Positions 27,961 through 36,733 of a stretch of DNA of 64,000 nucleotides are shown piece after piece. Below the pieces are notes generated by a model that did not search any database, had not been told where the DNA came from, and was given only the letters and a program-made list of their open reading frames with translations. The translations under genes were made by a program, and so were the position numbers. The stretch spans positions 866 through 64,865 of the IMG/VR virus record IMGVR_UViG_3300031452_000003; one strand, written 5' to 3'. This DNA is from a virus. The stretch's first letter is position 1; the number at the start of each line of letters is the position of its first letter.

Positions 27961-29253
27961 AGGTGAATTGCTTCCTGTCTGCCGAAGGCTCTGTATCCCC
28001 ACCTTTCGTTTAGAATAATGCTTGCAAAAACGCGCAAACATATGGTATAATAGAAGCATGGACAGAACGTTGCGGCTGCCTCTAAATCCCACAACGGAGC
28101 AGGCTGAATACCTACTGGAAACGATGCGTCAATTTACGCAATCGTTCAATCTTGTCTGTGCCGAGGGCTGGCGTCTCAAAGAAGGCAACGCCTATACTCT
28201 GCACCGCCTGACCTACCGTGATAGCAAAGCCCTTTGCCCCAAACTCGTCTCTGACCTGCACGTTCAGGCACGGCAAAAAGGCGCCGAAGCCGTCAAGTCT
28301 GCTATCTCGCTTGCCAAGAAGGGGCGTAAGGTAGGCTCTCCTAATTCCTCGCTCTGCCCGCCGCGCTACAACTGTAACTCCTTCTCCGTGGACTGGCAGA
28401 AGGGCTTGGCTAACCTTGCCACTGTCTGCGGACGGCAGAAGATAGCGTTCACTGTTCCTGCTTATGCGCGTGAACTTATTGACAATAGGGTTGCCACGGC
28501 TGACCTTATGTACCGCAAAGGCAGGTTCACGCTCCACGTCGTTCTGAAACTTGACGACGTGGAGTTCATGGACACGAGGCAAGCCATCGGAGTTGACCTC
28601 GGCGTGTGCCGCCCTGCTGTCACCAGCGACGGGCGGCTGCACGGTCAAAAACGCTGGCGCGAAGTCAGCAAAAGGCGTTTCCGCCTCAAAAGGAAACTCC
28701 AATCCAATGGCTCTAAGAGTGCCAGACGGCATCTTAGAAGCCTCGCGGGACGCGAGATGCGTTTCCGACGGGATTGCGACCACGTTCTCAGCAAGAGCAT
28801 TCTGCAAGGCATCGCGGCGGGCACAACCGTCGTTGTTGAAAACCTCACAAACATTCGGGCGCGAGTTAAAGCGCGGCGCGGCGCGGCGAAACGGCGGCTC
28901 CATTCGTGGTCGTTCGCCCAACTCCGCTCGTTCTTGGAATACAAGGGCGAAGCCCTCGGTTGCCGAGTGCAGGGAATAGACCCGCGCCACACAAGCCAGC
29001 GGTGCGCGGCTTGCGGGCATATCTACCGAGGCAATCGCCCGTCCCAGTCTCGGTTTGTGTGTCGTTCGTGTGGTCATCGTGCCAATGCTGACAAGAACGC
29101 GGCGGTGAACATTCGTGATAAACACCTTGTCGGTTGGTCTTCACCTTCCGACGCGGCTCCGTCAGAAGCCGTATCGTCTCAGACACGCGATTGCCAAGCG
29201 CAGTCGCTATCGGTCTAGGGACAAGCCGCCCTCTTTAGGGGGCGGTATCTGAC
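27961..29253 (+). mobile_element. IS200/IS605-family element, tnpB-only
   Basis: tnpB with subterminal hairpin CCGCCCTCTTTAGGGGGCGG ending in TCTGAC. TGAC lies immediately left of the inferred left end. Ends are inferred. Confidence 0.75.
28058..29218 (+). CDS. tnpB: TnpB RNA-guided endonuclease
   Basis: IGVDLG (RuvC-I), VVENL (RuvC-II), CAACG/CRSCG Zn ribbon, ADKNAAVNI (RuvC-III). The D-E-D triad is intact. Confidence 0.95.
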   Translation: MDRTLRLPLNPTTEQAEYLLETMRQFTQSFNLVCAEGWRLKEGNAYTLHRLTYRDSKALCPKLVSDLHVQARQKGAEAVKSAISLAKKGRKVGSPNSSLCPPRYNCNSFSVDWQKGLANLATVCGRQKIAFTVPAYARELIDNRVATADLMYRKGRFTLHVVLKLDDVEFMDTRQAIGVDLGVCRPAVTSDGRLHGQKRWREVSKRRFRLKRKLQSNGSKSARRHLRSLAGREMRFRRDCDHVLSKSILQGIAAGTTVVVENLTNIRARVKARRGAAKRRLHSWSFAQLRSFLEYKGEALGCRVQGIDPRHTSQRCAACGHIYRGNRPSQSRFVCRSCGHRANADKNAAVNIRDKHLVGWSSPSDAAPSEAVSSQTRDCQAQSLSV

Positions 29254-29273
29254 GATAGGTAGTCTCCCAAAGG
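29100..29273 (+). ncRNA. Putative omegaRNA (reRNA); guide predicted at 29254-29273
   Basis: TnpB omegaRNAs derive from the right end plus about 15-20 nt of flank. The 5' boundary is a guess. Confidence 0.5.
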
Positions 29274-29275
29274 CC

Positions 29276-29307
29276 ATGATGGGGCCGGCCCCGCCCGTGA
29301 CGCAAGA
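29276..29307 (-). promoter_or_regulatory. Late-type promoter, copy 5 (tail tube)
   Basis: TCTTGCGTCAC-N15-CATCAT. Confidence 0.7.
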
Positions 29308-29375
29308 AAGCGGATACTTCAGCCGCCGCTCAGAAGATGCCCGTCAGAAAATGCCCGTCACAAAAGTCATAAGGG

Positions 29376-30368
29376 TCAGAAGATGCCCGTCTCCACCATC
29401 GTGCAGGACCAGGTTATCTCGCCCGCCTCGTCCCATCCGTCCTCCGTCCGCCCGAACGTCACGTCGGTCGCCCGCGCGAGGTCCAGGAGCCGGCCCGAGG
29501 GCAGGACGGTCCGCCGGAGTTTGCGCGTGTTGAGCATCTGCCGGGCGCTCCCCAAAAGCTGCGCCAGCGCCCGGCTTTTCACGTCCGCGCGGTCCCCGTA
29601 GGCGACGGCGCGGATGGTGAACGACAGGCGCACCTCGGAGCGGTCCGGGGCGGAAAGCCCGTCCGGCGCGTCCCGCTCGGCCTCGGGGATGACGTACAGC
29701 ACCGGCCAGTCGTCGCGCTGCCTCTCGTCCGTGAACTCCACCCCCTTCAGCGACAGGTCCGCCCCGCCTCCGAGGGCCGCCATGCGCGCGTCGAAGACGG
29801 GCTTCAGCGAGGCCAGAGTCTCCTGGAGCCACTGGCCCGCCTCCACCTCGGGCGCGAGGTCGGACGGGGACAGGCAGACGCCCGCGAGGTGCTCCTGCCC
29901 CGCCGCCTGCGAAAGTCCGCCCCGCGCGAGCAGCACCGTCCCGTCCGGGAGCAGGGCGGTGGCGGCGACGAGCCAAGGCCCGTCGCTGCGCTCCAGGGTG
30001 GCCGCCTGGTGCTCCGCCACGTCCCAGGAGGGCGAGGTCGCCGTGCGGGGTGCCTGGTCCGTGCCGGGCGCGTACAGGGACCCTTCCAGCGTCACCACCC
30101 CGCCCGGCCCGTAGACGGCGGACAGGGACTGGGCGCGGCGCAGTCCGTGGCGGGGGCCGTCCTGCCGCACGGGCGCAAACCGTTCGAGGGAGAACGTCCC
30201 GGCGGCGAGGGCCTGAAGCGTGGCCGGGTCCAGGGCGTCCGGTAGGCGCGCGGCCCACAGGGCGAACCCGGCACCGGCGGCGGGCGGCGCACCGGATAGG
30301 GATACGGAGACGCGGAGGGCGGGGCCGCCACCCCCCTCTATGTTAACTGGCTGTGACGCGAACTGCAT
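29376..30368 (-). CDS. Probable tail terminator/completion protein with N-terminal extension
   Basis: Lies between the virion morphogenesis gene and the tail tube. Confidence 0.5.
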   Translation of the reverse strand: MQFASQPVNIEGGGGPALRVSVSLSGAPPAAGAGFALWAARLPDALDPATLQALAAGTFSLERFAPVRQDGPRHGLRRAQSLSAVYGPGGVVTLEGSLYAPGTDQAPRTATSPSWDVAEHQAATLERSDGPWLVAATALLPDGTVLLARGGLSQAAGQEHLAGVCLSPSDLAPEVEAGQWLQETLASLKPVFDARMAALGGGADLSLKGVEFTDERQRDDWPVLYVIPEAERDAPDGLSAPDRSEVRLSFTIRAVAYGDRADVKSRALAQLLGSARQMLNTRKLRRTVLPSGRLLDLARATDVTFGRTEDGWDEAGEITWSCTMVETGIF

Positions 30369-30461
30369 GGCAAAGACCCCCCGAACAGGAGATGGAACCG
30401 GAATAGACAAAGACCCCCCTCCCCCGCCCGTCGCGCTGCGGCAGTTGCCCGAACCGGAAGG

Positions 30462-30656
30462 CTAGAGCCTGCGGAGCCAGTGTCCGAAGGCCGCGCCCGT
30501 CGTAAAGACGAGCAGTGTGACCACCAGCAGCGGGAAGCCTATCAGGAAGGCGGCGTCGAACACCGAGGCTGCACCTTTCCCGGTGATGAGCCGGTGCATC
30601 AGGTCGAGGGCGGCCTCGGCGAGCACGATGAAAACTAAGTCCGGCGGCCCCTTCAT
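30462..30656 (-). CDS. Small membrane protein
   Basis: Two hydrophobic segments and an AAGGAG RBS. Confidence 0.5.
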   Translation of the reverse strand: MKGPPDLVFIVLAEAALDLMHRLITGKGAASVFDAAFLIGFPLLVVTLLVFTTGAAFGHWLRRL

Positions 30657-30697
30657 CGCCCATCTCCTTTTTCTCCGGTTCCGCCTGCGGAACCTTC

Positions 30698-31228
30698 TCA
30701 TTCGGGCGGGTGGGCAGCGGCGTACTCGGCGATGAGCGCGCCGATGCGCCCCCAATCGCCCTCCGAGAGCGTCAGATAGGGCCGAGCCGGGATGCCCCTC
30801 CCGCCGCCCGTCTGGTGGACGGCGGCGTAGGCGAGGCTGCTGCCCACCACCAGCGTCCCCTTGGCCGAGACGTAGGTGACATTCCCCCCGCCCCCCCGGC
30901 GCGCGAGGCTGTTCCGCAGGAGCCGCGTCGCCACGAGCGGCTGCAAGGGGTAGCCCTTCAGCATCTTGCGCCGCACCGTGCGCGGCGACAGGTCGGCAAA
31001 GGGCGGGTGGCCCCCAGCGTCGATGTTGGCGGCGAACGCGGCCCGCAGGACGCGCGAAACGGATAGCAGCAGCGGCGTGATGTCCGTCTCACGCGGCGCG
31101 TCCACCGAGAATCGCGCCAGCGCCCGCCCCCGGCTGTCCGTCTCCATCGTCAGCGAGGGTGCCCAGGAGGGCGCGGAGGACTGGGAGGGGGGCTGGGAAG
31201 GGGGCGCGTCCGACTCCGCGTGTGCCAC
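30698..31228 (-). CDS. Phage virion morphogenesis protein (Mu gpG / P2 gpS-like)
   Basis: FADLSPRT...YAAVHQTGG...IPARPYL. Confidence 0.8.
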   Translation of the reverse strand: MAHAESDAPPSQPPSQSSAPSWAPSLTMETDSRGRALARFSVDAPRETDITPLLLSVSRVLRAAFAANIDAGGHPPFADLSPRTVRRKMLKGYPLQPLVATRLLRNSLARRGGGGNVTYVSAKGTLVVGSSLAYAAVHQTGGGRGIPARPYLTLSEGDWGRIGALIAEYAAAHPPE

Positions 31229-31229
31229 C

Positions 31230-32204
31230 CTAACCCCCGTATCCGCTGCCCGCGCCGGACCCGCCCGCGAAGCCGGCGAACGCCCCGGCGCGCCAGCTCG
31301 CACCCGCGTAGGACAGCGCGTGAGGCCGCAAGAAGCGCACGTCCGACGAGCCGACTACGGGATTGAAGGCCAGCCCGGCGGGGTCGCCCGGCATGGAGAA
31401 CTGGCGCGGAACCGGGCTTGACACGCGCGGGAGGACGCCCCGCCCGCACGTCTGCCCCGGCAGCGACAGGCCCCCGGCGAGCGCCGCAATCTTCTTGTCG
31501 GCGTAGGCCATCAGGCCCGTCGCCGTGCCGCTCTCCGTCTCGGTCAGGGCCGCCTTGCGCGAGTACAGCAGCAGCCCCGCCGCCTTGCGCTCGATGAGTC
31601 CGGGCAGGGGGGGCGGGTAGCGGAACAGGCCCGTCGCCGGGTCCCGGTAGCGCGTCAGCGGGACCGCCCAGCGGGCCATGAACTCGCCGTCCGCGTCGTC
31701 CGAGGCGACCATCAGGAAATAGAGCACGTCGAGCGCCGACACCTGGCCGGGCCGGTCCCCGAACGAGACCACGCGCGCCCACCGCTTCACGCCGTCCGCC
31801 GTTCCGTACACGGGCCGCAGCAGGGCCATCACGCCCTCCGAATCCGCCTCCCCCTCGCCGCCCCCCGCCCCGATGCCGTCGGAGGGCACAGGCAGGCCGG
31901 GCGGGGCCGCCGAGGGGGACGTGATGAGCAGCGACAGCGTGGGGCCGGACGCGCCCTGGTCGTCCACGGCGGACACGTCGAGCAGGGCGGGCAGGCCGCG
32001 CGGGACGCCCGAGAACGTCACGCCCGTGCCCGCGACCGCCTGCCGGTCGCCGCCCGTGACCGTGGCCGTGCGGGCGTCGTCCGCCCAGAGGGCCGCCGCG
32101 TAGCCCGCCGGGGCGCGCCCCGACGCGGGGGCGAACGCGGCCCACTGGAACGACAGCACGGCGCGCTTGTTGGCGTCCTCGGTGGCCGACACGAGCGAGA
32201 GCAT
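31230..32204 (-). CDS. Head-tail adaptor (Mu gp36/DUF1320-like C-terminus) with beta-sandwich-like N-terminus
   Basis: YGTADGVKRW...RWAVPL...YADKKIAALAGG. Follows the capsid gene. Confidence 0.55.
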   Translation of the reverse strand: MLSLVSATEDANKRAVLSFQWAAFAPASGRAPAGYAAALWADDARTATVTGGDRQAVAGTGVTFSGVPRGLPALLDVSAVDDQGASGPTLSLLITSPSAAPPGLPVPSDGIGAGGGEGEADSEGVMALLRPVYGTADGVKRWARVVSFGDRPGQVSALDVLYFLMVASDDADGEFMARWAVPLTRYRDPATGLFRYPPPLPGLIERKAAGLLLYSRKAALTETESGTATGLMAYADKKIAALAGGLSLPGQTCGRGVLPRVSSPVPRQFSMPGDPAGLAFNPVVGSSDVRFLRPHALSYAGASWRAGAFAGFAGGSGAGSGYGG

Positions 32205-32332
32205 AAGCACCTCTGACAGCGAAAGAGCCGACAACGAAAGAGCCGACAACGAAAGAGCCGGGGCGGGACTGCTTCCCTGCCCCGGCCCCCGCGCCGCCCG
32301 CCTTCAGGACCCAGGAGTCCTACAGCCCGGTT

Positions 32333-33301
32333 CTATAGGACCCCGTTCAGAACGCCCATCACGTACCAGTCCTGGATGACGTGGACCATCTCCAGGTAGC
32401 CCATGATGCCCATGCGCCGGTTGAAGAGGTCCGTCTCCTTCTCGATGAGCGGGGCCAGCCGGTCGTCCCCGCCGCCGCCCGTCACGACAGCCGTGTAGCC
32501 GAGGTTCGGCCCGCCCACGCCGAAGATGACGTAGTTCGAGTACACCGTGCTGTCCAGCGTCGTCACGTTCGCGTAGAGCGGGACCGCGTTGCCGAACGGG
32601 TCCACGAACGTCACCTCCGGGATGGTGATTATCTTCATCCCCTTCAGCTTCGTCAGGTAGCCGTCCTCGCCGAACTCCGCCCCGGTCTTGCGGTTGGTGT
32701 CCGTGACGTCGGGGTGGATGGAGAGCTGGGCGTTGATGCTCGCGCTCATAATCATGAACGTGACGCCCTGGCCCGTCAGGTTTGCGATGTAGACGCGCAC
32801 CCGCTCGATGTCGCCCAAGGGGTCCGACCCGGCCTGGCTCCACTTCGTCGCCGGGGCCGGGAACCGCCCGCCCCCGTACATCGAGTCGAACTGCCGGAAC
32901 GTCTTGAAGCACTCGAAGAAGCAGCGGTTCGCCGTCGCCTGGCCGATGCGCCGGGCGGCGCGGGCCGCGAGGTCTACGGGGGCCTTGGCGATGTTGCGGC
33001 TGCTGAACACGTAGCCGAACCGGGCCTCATACGCCTCGAACACCTGGTCGGCCCAGCTCATCTGGTCCGTCGGGGTGTCCTGCGCCTCGGCCACCTTCGG
33101 GGCGATGGTGAGGATGTTCTGCCGCACCTCGTCCTTGAAGGTGAACGGCACGGTGCCCGCCCTGACGGGCAGGACGGAGAGCAGGTCCGTCAGCCCCTTG
33201 AACTCCCGGATGACCTCGGCGGTGATGCCCGAGAGGTACTGGGGGAGGAAGTAGGGCGAGTTCGCCAGTTCCGTGATGTTGTCGTAGCGAAACTGTGTCA
33301 T
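32333..33301 (-). CDS. Major capsid protein (HK97 fold)
   Basis: 322 aa with KWSQAGSDPLGDIE. Lies after the protease and decoration genes. Confidence 0.85.
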   Translation of the reverse strand: MTQFRYDNITELANSPYFLPQYLSGITAEVIREFKGLTDLLSVLPVRAGTVPFTFKDEVRQNILTIAPKVAEAQDTPTDQMSWADQVFEAYEARFGYVFSSRNIAKAPVDLAARAARRIGQATANRCFFECFKTFRQFDSMYGGGRFPAPATKWSQAGSDPLGDIERVRVYIANLTGQGVTFMIMSASINAQLSIHPDVTDTNRKTGAEFGEDGYLTKLKGMKIITIPEVTFVDPFGNAVPLYANVTTLDSTVYSNYVIFGVGGPNLGYTAVVTGGGGDDRLAPLIEKETDLFNRRMGIMGYLEMVHVIQDWYVMGVLNGVL

Positions 33302-33441
33302 GGTTGTCTCCTGCGTCCACGTCCGCCAGCCCGCTCCTCACTTCGGCCTGCCGTCCTTCCTGATTTCTTTCCTGATGTCTTTCTTGATTTCTTTTGCCTC
33401 GCGCTCCCCCGCCCTCGGCGGGAGGTGGCGAGTCACCGCGG

Positions 33442-33858
33442 CTAGTCGCTGATGGGGTCGATGAACACGAATCCGATGGTGGCGAGGTACGCCTTGGTCG
33501 GCTGGCCCGGCTCGGCGTTCAGCGTAATGCGCTGGCCCTGAGCGTTTCGGATGAACCCGAAGTTGCCGTCGCAGCCCGAGACGTGGATGTAGAGGCTGAA
33601 GCGGTCCGTGTCCTGGTTCGGGAAGAAGCGCTCCTGGATGCCCGCCGCGTCCTGGACGCTCGTGCGGTGGCAGGACACGCCCTTGATGTTGGCGAGCGTC
33701 TGCCGCCCGTCCGTCGCCGACAGGTCGAAGGGGCCGCAAAGGCCCGCTTGCGGGCCGGACGTAGCGACCGCCACCACGTCGTCCACCTGGATGGCGAGCT
33801 GCGGGTTCGCCTTCTCCTGCCAGCGGGAGAGGTGGTTCGTGCGCGCGAAGTTTCCCAT
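33442..33858 (-). CDS. Probable head decoration protein
   Basis: 138 aa between protease/scaffold and capsid. Confidence 0.55.
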   Translation of the reverse strand: MGNFARTNHLSRWQEKANPQLAIQVDDVVAVATSGPQAGLCGPFDLSATDGRQTLANIKGVSCHRTSVQDAAGIQERFFPNQDTDRFSLYIHVSGCDGNFGFIRNAQGQRITLNAEPGQPTKAYLATIGFVFIDPISD

Positions 33859-33870
33859 CGTGTCTTCCTC

Positions 33871-34041
33871 CTGTAAATCCCTGCCGGCTAAAATCCTACC
33901 GACTGAAGCCTACCGACTGAAGCCTGCCGACTGAAGCCTGCCGACTGAAGCCTGCCGACTGAAGCCTGCCGGCTAAATCCTGCCGGCTAAATCCTGCCGG
34001 CTAAATCCTGCCGGCTAAATCCTGCCGGCTAAATCCTGCCG
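33871..34041. repeat. About 12 tandem copies of a 14-nt unit (CCTGCCGGCTAAAT grading to CCTACCGACTGAAG)
   Basis: Read directly. The unit includes the protease stop codon. Confidence 0.9.
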
Positions 34042-35507
34042 GCGGCGGCGGCGGCGTTGACCTTCGCGACGGTCTCGGCGGGCGTCAGGCCCTCGAACTC
34101 GGAGAGAGCGACCCCTCCGCCCTCGCCCTTGGCGGGGGGGCGACCCGGAACCTCATGCGTGTCCGCCTCGGTGAGTGCCGTGCGCCCCGCCGAGGCCACG
34201 TCCGTCAGCAGCTCCCGCAGCGCCCCGCGCCCGATGAGGACCGAGTCGGACAGGTCCACGCGGCCCACCTGGGCGACCACGGCGGCGGGCGCGTCGTACA
34301 GCGCCTCGTTCTCGGACAGGGCCACGCTCTGCCCGTCCACCAGCTCGGACAGGGCGACGGAAGCCGCGTGCCCCCCCTCGAAGGCCGCCTTGACCGCCTT
34401 CAGCGAGTCGGCGGGCAGCTTAAAGGTTTCGGCGAGCTGCACCACGAAGGCGTCCTGCTTCTCGGCGCGGGCGGCCTCCACCTGGTCCTGAAGTTTCCTG
34501 ATTTTGTCCGGTGTCATCGCCATTTTTCCTTTGGTCGTCGCCCTCGCGGTTGCTGTTTTCGCCGCTGTCGCCCTCGCGGTTGTCAGATTCACGGCTGTTA
34601 GATTTTCGCTCATCGGCACCCTGTCGCCCGCCCGGCCCGCAGCGGGCGATGCTGAGGCCGCATCCGCTTGCCCCCCGCCGCCCGGCGTCTGCCCGTCTGC
34701 CTCGACGTACTGGGGGCAGTTGCCGCTCCCCGCCGCCGCCGTCTTCAGCCCGAGGTCGCGGTCCGCCGAATCGTCGGCGAAGGGGCAGTCGTTGCCGAGC
34801 CGCGCGCACGTCCGGCACTGGTTCGGCAGGTCGGTCGGGTCGTAGCCGTCCGGCAGCCCCGCCACGTTCGGGTTTCCCGCCCCATCCGAGTTCGGGTTTG
34901 CGCCGGACGTTTTAGAGGCCCCTTTATTAGAGGCCCCTTTCGCCGCGAATCCGTCCGCCAGCACGACGGTCGCCTCGTCGCCACGCTCCGCCGCCAGCTC
35001 CGACAGATTCACGACCCGCGCCGGCCCCATCTGCTTGATGAAGGGGTAGTTGGTCAGGGCCACGTTCCGCAGAACCGCTTTGTGGCTCTTGCCGCTCTCG
35101 CGGTCCTGGTAGCCGTAGTCGATGGTGGGCGAGACGAAGGCGTACTGGCCCGTCCTGACCCGCTCGTAGTCGTCCGGGGTGGTGTAGCGGGCCAGCGCGA
35201 CCATCTTGCTCTTGCCGGGCCGCTCGGCGTCTGGGATGACGGAGACGCCCGCCCACGCCGCCGCGCGGTCGTCCTGGTGCTCGGTGTGGCCCACATGGAA
35301 GGGCACGGCGTCTTTCGCCATGCCCACGCCCGCCTTGAAGTTCTTTTCCAGCTCGCCCAGCATCGCGCGGTCAATGACGAGCCGCCCGCCGGGGGCCTTC
35401 GGGTGCGCCCACTCGCCTTCCCGGAGGATGGTGTGTTCGAGCGTCAGCCTCCCCTTGGGTGCGGGTCCGGCTTCCGAGAGTGCGACGATGAGGGACACGG
35501 GCGGCAT
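34029..35507 (-). CDS. Mu gpI-like prohead protease/scaffold
   Basis: GEWAHP, PFHVGH, YAFVSPT and VALTNYPF, with an acidic helical scaffold C-terminus. Confidence 0.85.
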   Translation of the reverse strand: MPPVSLIVALSEAGPAPKGRLTLEHTILREGEWAHPKAPGGRLVIDRAMLGELEKNFKAGVGMAKDAVPFHVGHTEHQDDRAAAWAGVSVIPDAERPGKSKMVALARYTTPDDYERVRTGQYAFVSPTIDYGYQDRESGKSHKAVLRNVALTNYPFIKQMGPARVVNLSELAAERGDEATVVLADGFAAKGASNKGASKTSGANPNSDGAGNPNVAGLPDGYDPTDLPNQCRTCARLGNDCPFADDSADRDLGLKTAAAGSGNCPQYVEADGQTPGGGGQADAASASPAAGRAGDRVPMSENLTAVNLTTARATAAKTATARATTKGKMAMTPDKIRKLQDQVEAARAEKQDAFVVQLAETFKLPADSLKAVKAAFEGGHAASVALSELVDGQSVALSENEALYDAPAAVVAQVGRVDLSDSVLIGRGALRELLTDVASAGRTALTEADTHEVPGRPPAKGEGGGVALSEFEGLTPAETVAKVNAAAAAGRI

Positions 35508-35537
35508 CAGGGGCTATCTCTCCGTCAAGCCGAAATC

Positions 35538-35864
35538 TCAGGCCGCCATGAAGTCCGCCGTCGCCAGCGCGGCGGGGTCGGTGGAGGTCACGAGCAGCAC
35601 GTCGCCCCGGTTCATCACGACGCCGCCGCCGAAATTGAACTGGACGAAGCCGCTCGCCGGGACCGCGCCGCTTGATGGGTTCGACTTCGCCAGGACGCTG
35701 ACGCCGTTGACCTGGACGTCGACGGTCGTGGGGGCCGCGCCCGCCTTGACGCCCACGGCCCGCAGGCGCATGGTGTTGGCGGCCAGGAAGTTCCTGGGGT
35801 CCAGGTTCAGGCGAACCGGGCGGCTGTCGCCGCTCTGACGGCGGGCGGAATCGCGGAAAGACAT
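35538..35864 (-). CDS. Hypothetical virion-associated protein
   Basis: First ORF after late promoter copy 6. Confidence 0.55.
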   Translation of the reverse strand: MSFRDSARRQSGDSRPVRLNLDPRNFLAANTMRLRAVGVKAGAAPTTVDVQVNGVSVLAKSNPSSGAVPASGFVQFNFGGGVVMNRGDVLLVTSTDPAALATADFMAA

Positions 35865-35977
35865 GGCGTGAATCCTCGGTGCGGAAAGCCTGGGCGTGAG
35901 TCCTGGGTCGGGCGGGTCCCTGTGCGGCACGGACTGAGCACGGCCCGTGACCGTGACGCCCGTGGCCTATGACACCC

Positions 35978-36009
35978 ATGATGGGGGGGGGCGGGGGCGT
36001 GACGCAAGA
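35978..36009 (-). promoter_or_regulatory. Late-type promoter, copy 6 (protease/capsid)
   Basis: TCTTGCGTCAC-N15-CATCAT. Confidence 0.7.
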
Positions 36010-36058
36010 GAGGCCGAGGGGAGAAGCGGCGAAGGCGCAAAAAGTCGCCTCGCGGGTC

Positions 36059-36087
36059 TTGACATTCACGGCGCGGGGTTCTATAAT
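36059..36087 (+). promoter_or_regulatory. Consensus sigma70 promoter of the RyR-domain moron
   Basis: TTGACA-17-TATAAT. Confidence 0.85.
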
Positions 36088-36158
36088 GGCGGGAAGGCTG
36101 AGGGTGCGGGTCAGCACCCCTAGCCGACAGGAACGGCCTAACAGAAAGAGGCGCTGAC

Positions 36159-36530
36159 TTGAAACCATTCTTATCCGTGACAGAAGTGGCGCACATCTGC
36201 CACGACGCCAACCGCGCCATTTGCCGCGTTACCGGGGATGACAGTCAGCCTCTCTGGGAAGACGCCCCCGAGTGGCAAAAAGAGTCGGCCAGGAAGGGCG
36301 TTCTGGCTGCCATCGAAAACCCGAACATCACGCCTGAGCAGCTCCATGAGAAATGGAGCGAGGCGAAAATCGCCGACGGGTGGAAGTTTGGGCCTGTCAA
36401 GGATGCCGACAAGAAAGAGCACCCCTGCCTTGTCCCTTACTGGGAACTGAAAACACCGCAGCGGTACAAGGATGTGTTGTTTCGGAGCATTGTCAACGCT
36501 TTGACAGGGGCGGGCGAATTGGCCGTCTAA
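36159..36530 (+). CDS. RyR (ryanodine receptor repeat) domain protein
   Basis: LHEKWSEAKIADGWKFGPVKDADKKEHPCLVPYWEL. Confidence 0.85.
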   Translation: MKPFLSVTEVAHICHDANRAICRVTGDDSQPLWEDAPEWQKESARKGVLAAIENPNITPEQLHEKWSEAKIADGWKFGPVKDADKKEHPCLVPYWELKTPQRYKDVLFRSIVNALTGAGELAV

Positions 36531-36621
36531 ACCATCTTACGGATAGCCGTAAAAAAGGACAACCCAACAAAGGCCGCCGTACCGGACAGGTCCCCGCGCC
36601 TGCATAGCGGCCCACATGAAA

Positions 36622-36656
36622 GAGCGCCCCGGACTCATTGAGTCCGGGGCGCTCTG
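36622..36656. terminator. Perfect 16-bp hairpin between convergent units
   Basis: AGAGCGCCCCGGACTC-ATT-GAGTCCGGGGCGCTCT. No clear U-tract. Confidence 0.6.
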
Positions 36657-36733
36657 CGTTGTAGGGACGAGGGGCTATAGGGTCAAGTACCGCCCTGTAA
36701 CGATGACTCCGTGAAAGATGCGTCGTCTTAGGG

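Noticed and set aside
27961-29253. IStron (group I intron plus tnpB)
   Set aside because: The element is intergenic and antisense to the host transcript, with only about 100 nt before tnpB, too short for a group I core.
26290-31228. Contractile (Mu-like myovirus) tail
   Set aside because: Despite the Mu-like head genes, no sheath or baseplate J/wedge genes were recognisable.
33871-34041. CRISPR array (also considered at 17245-17340, 19128-19180, 62118-62207 and 62993-63107)
   Set aside because: Units are 12-18 nt and directly adjacent with no unique spacers, and there are no cas genes. TnpB is explained by the IS.
36088-36158. tRNA or known riboswitch in the RyR leader
   Set aside because: No cloverleaf or T-loop and no riboswitch consensus that I recognise. 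Kept only as a hairpin.
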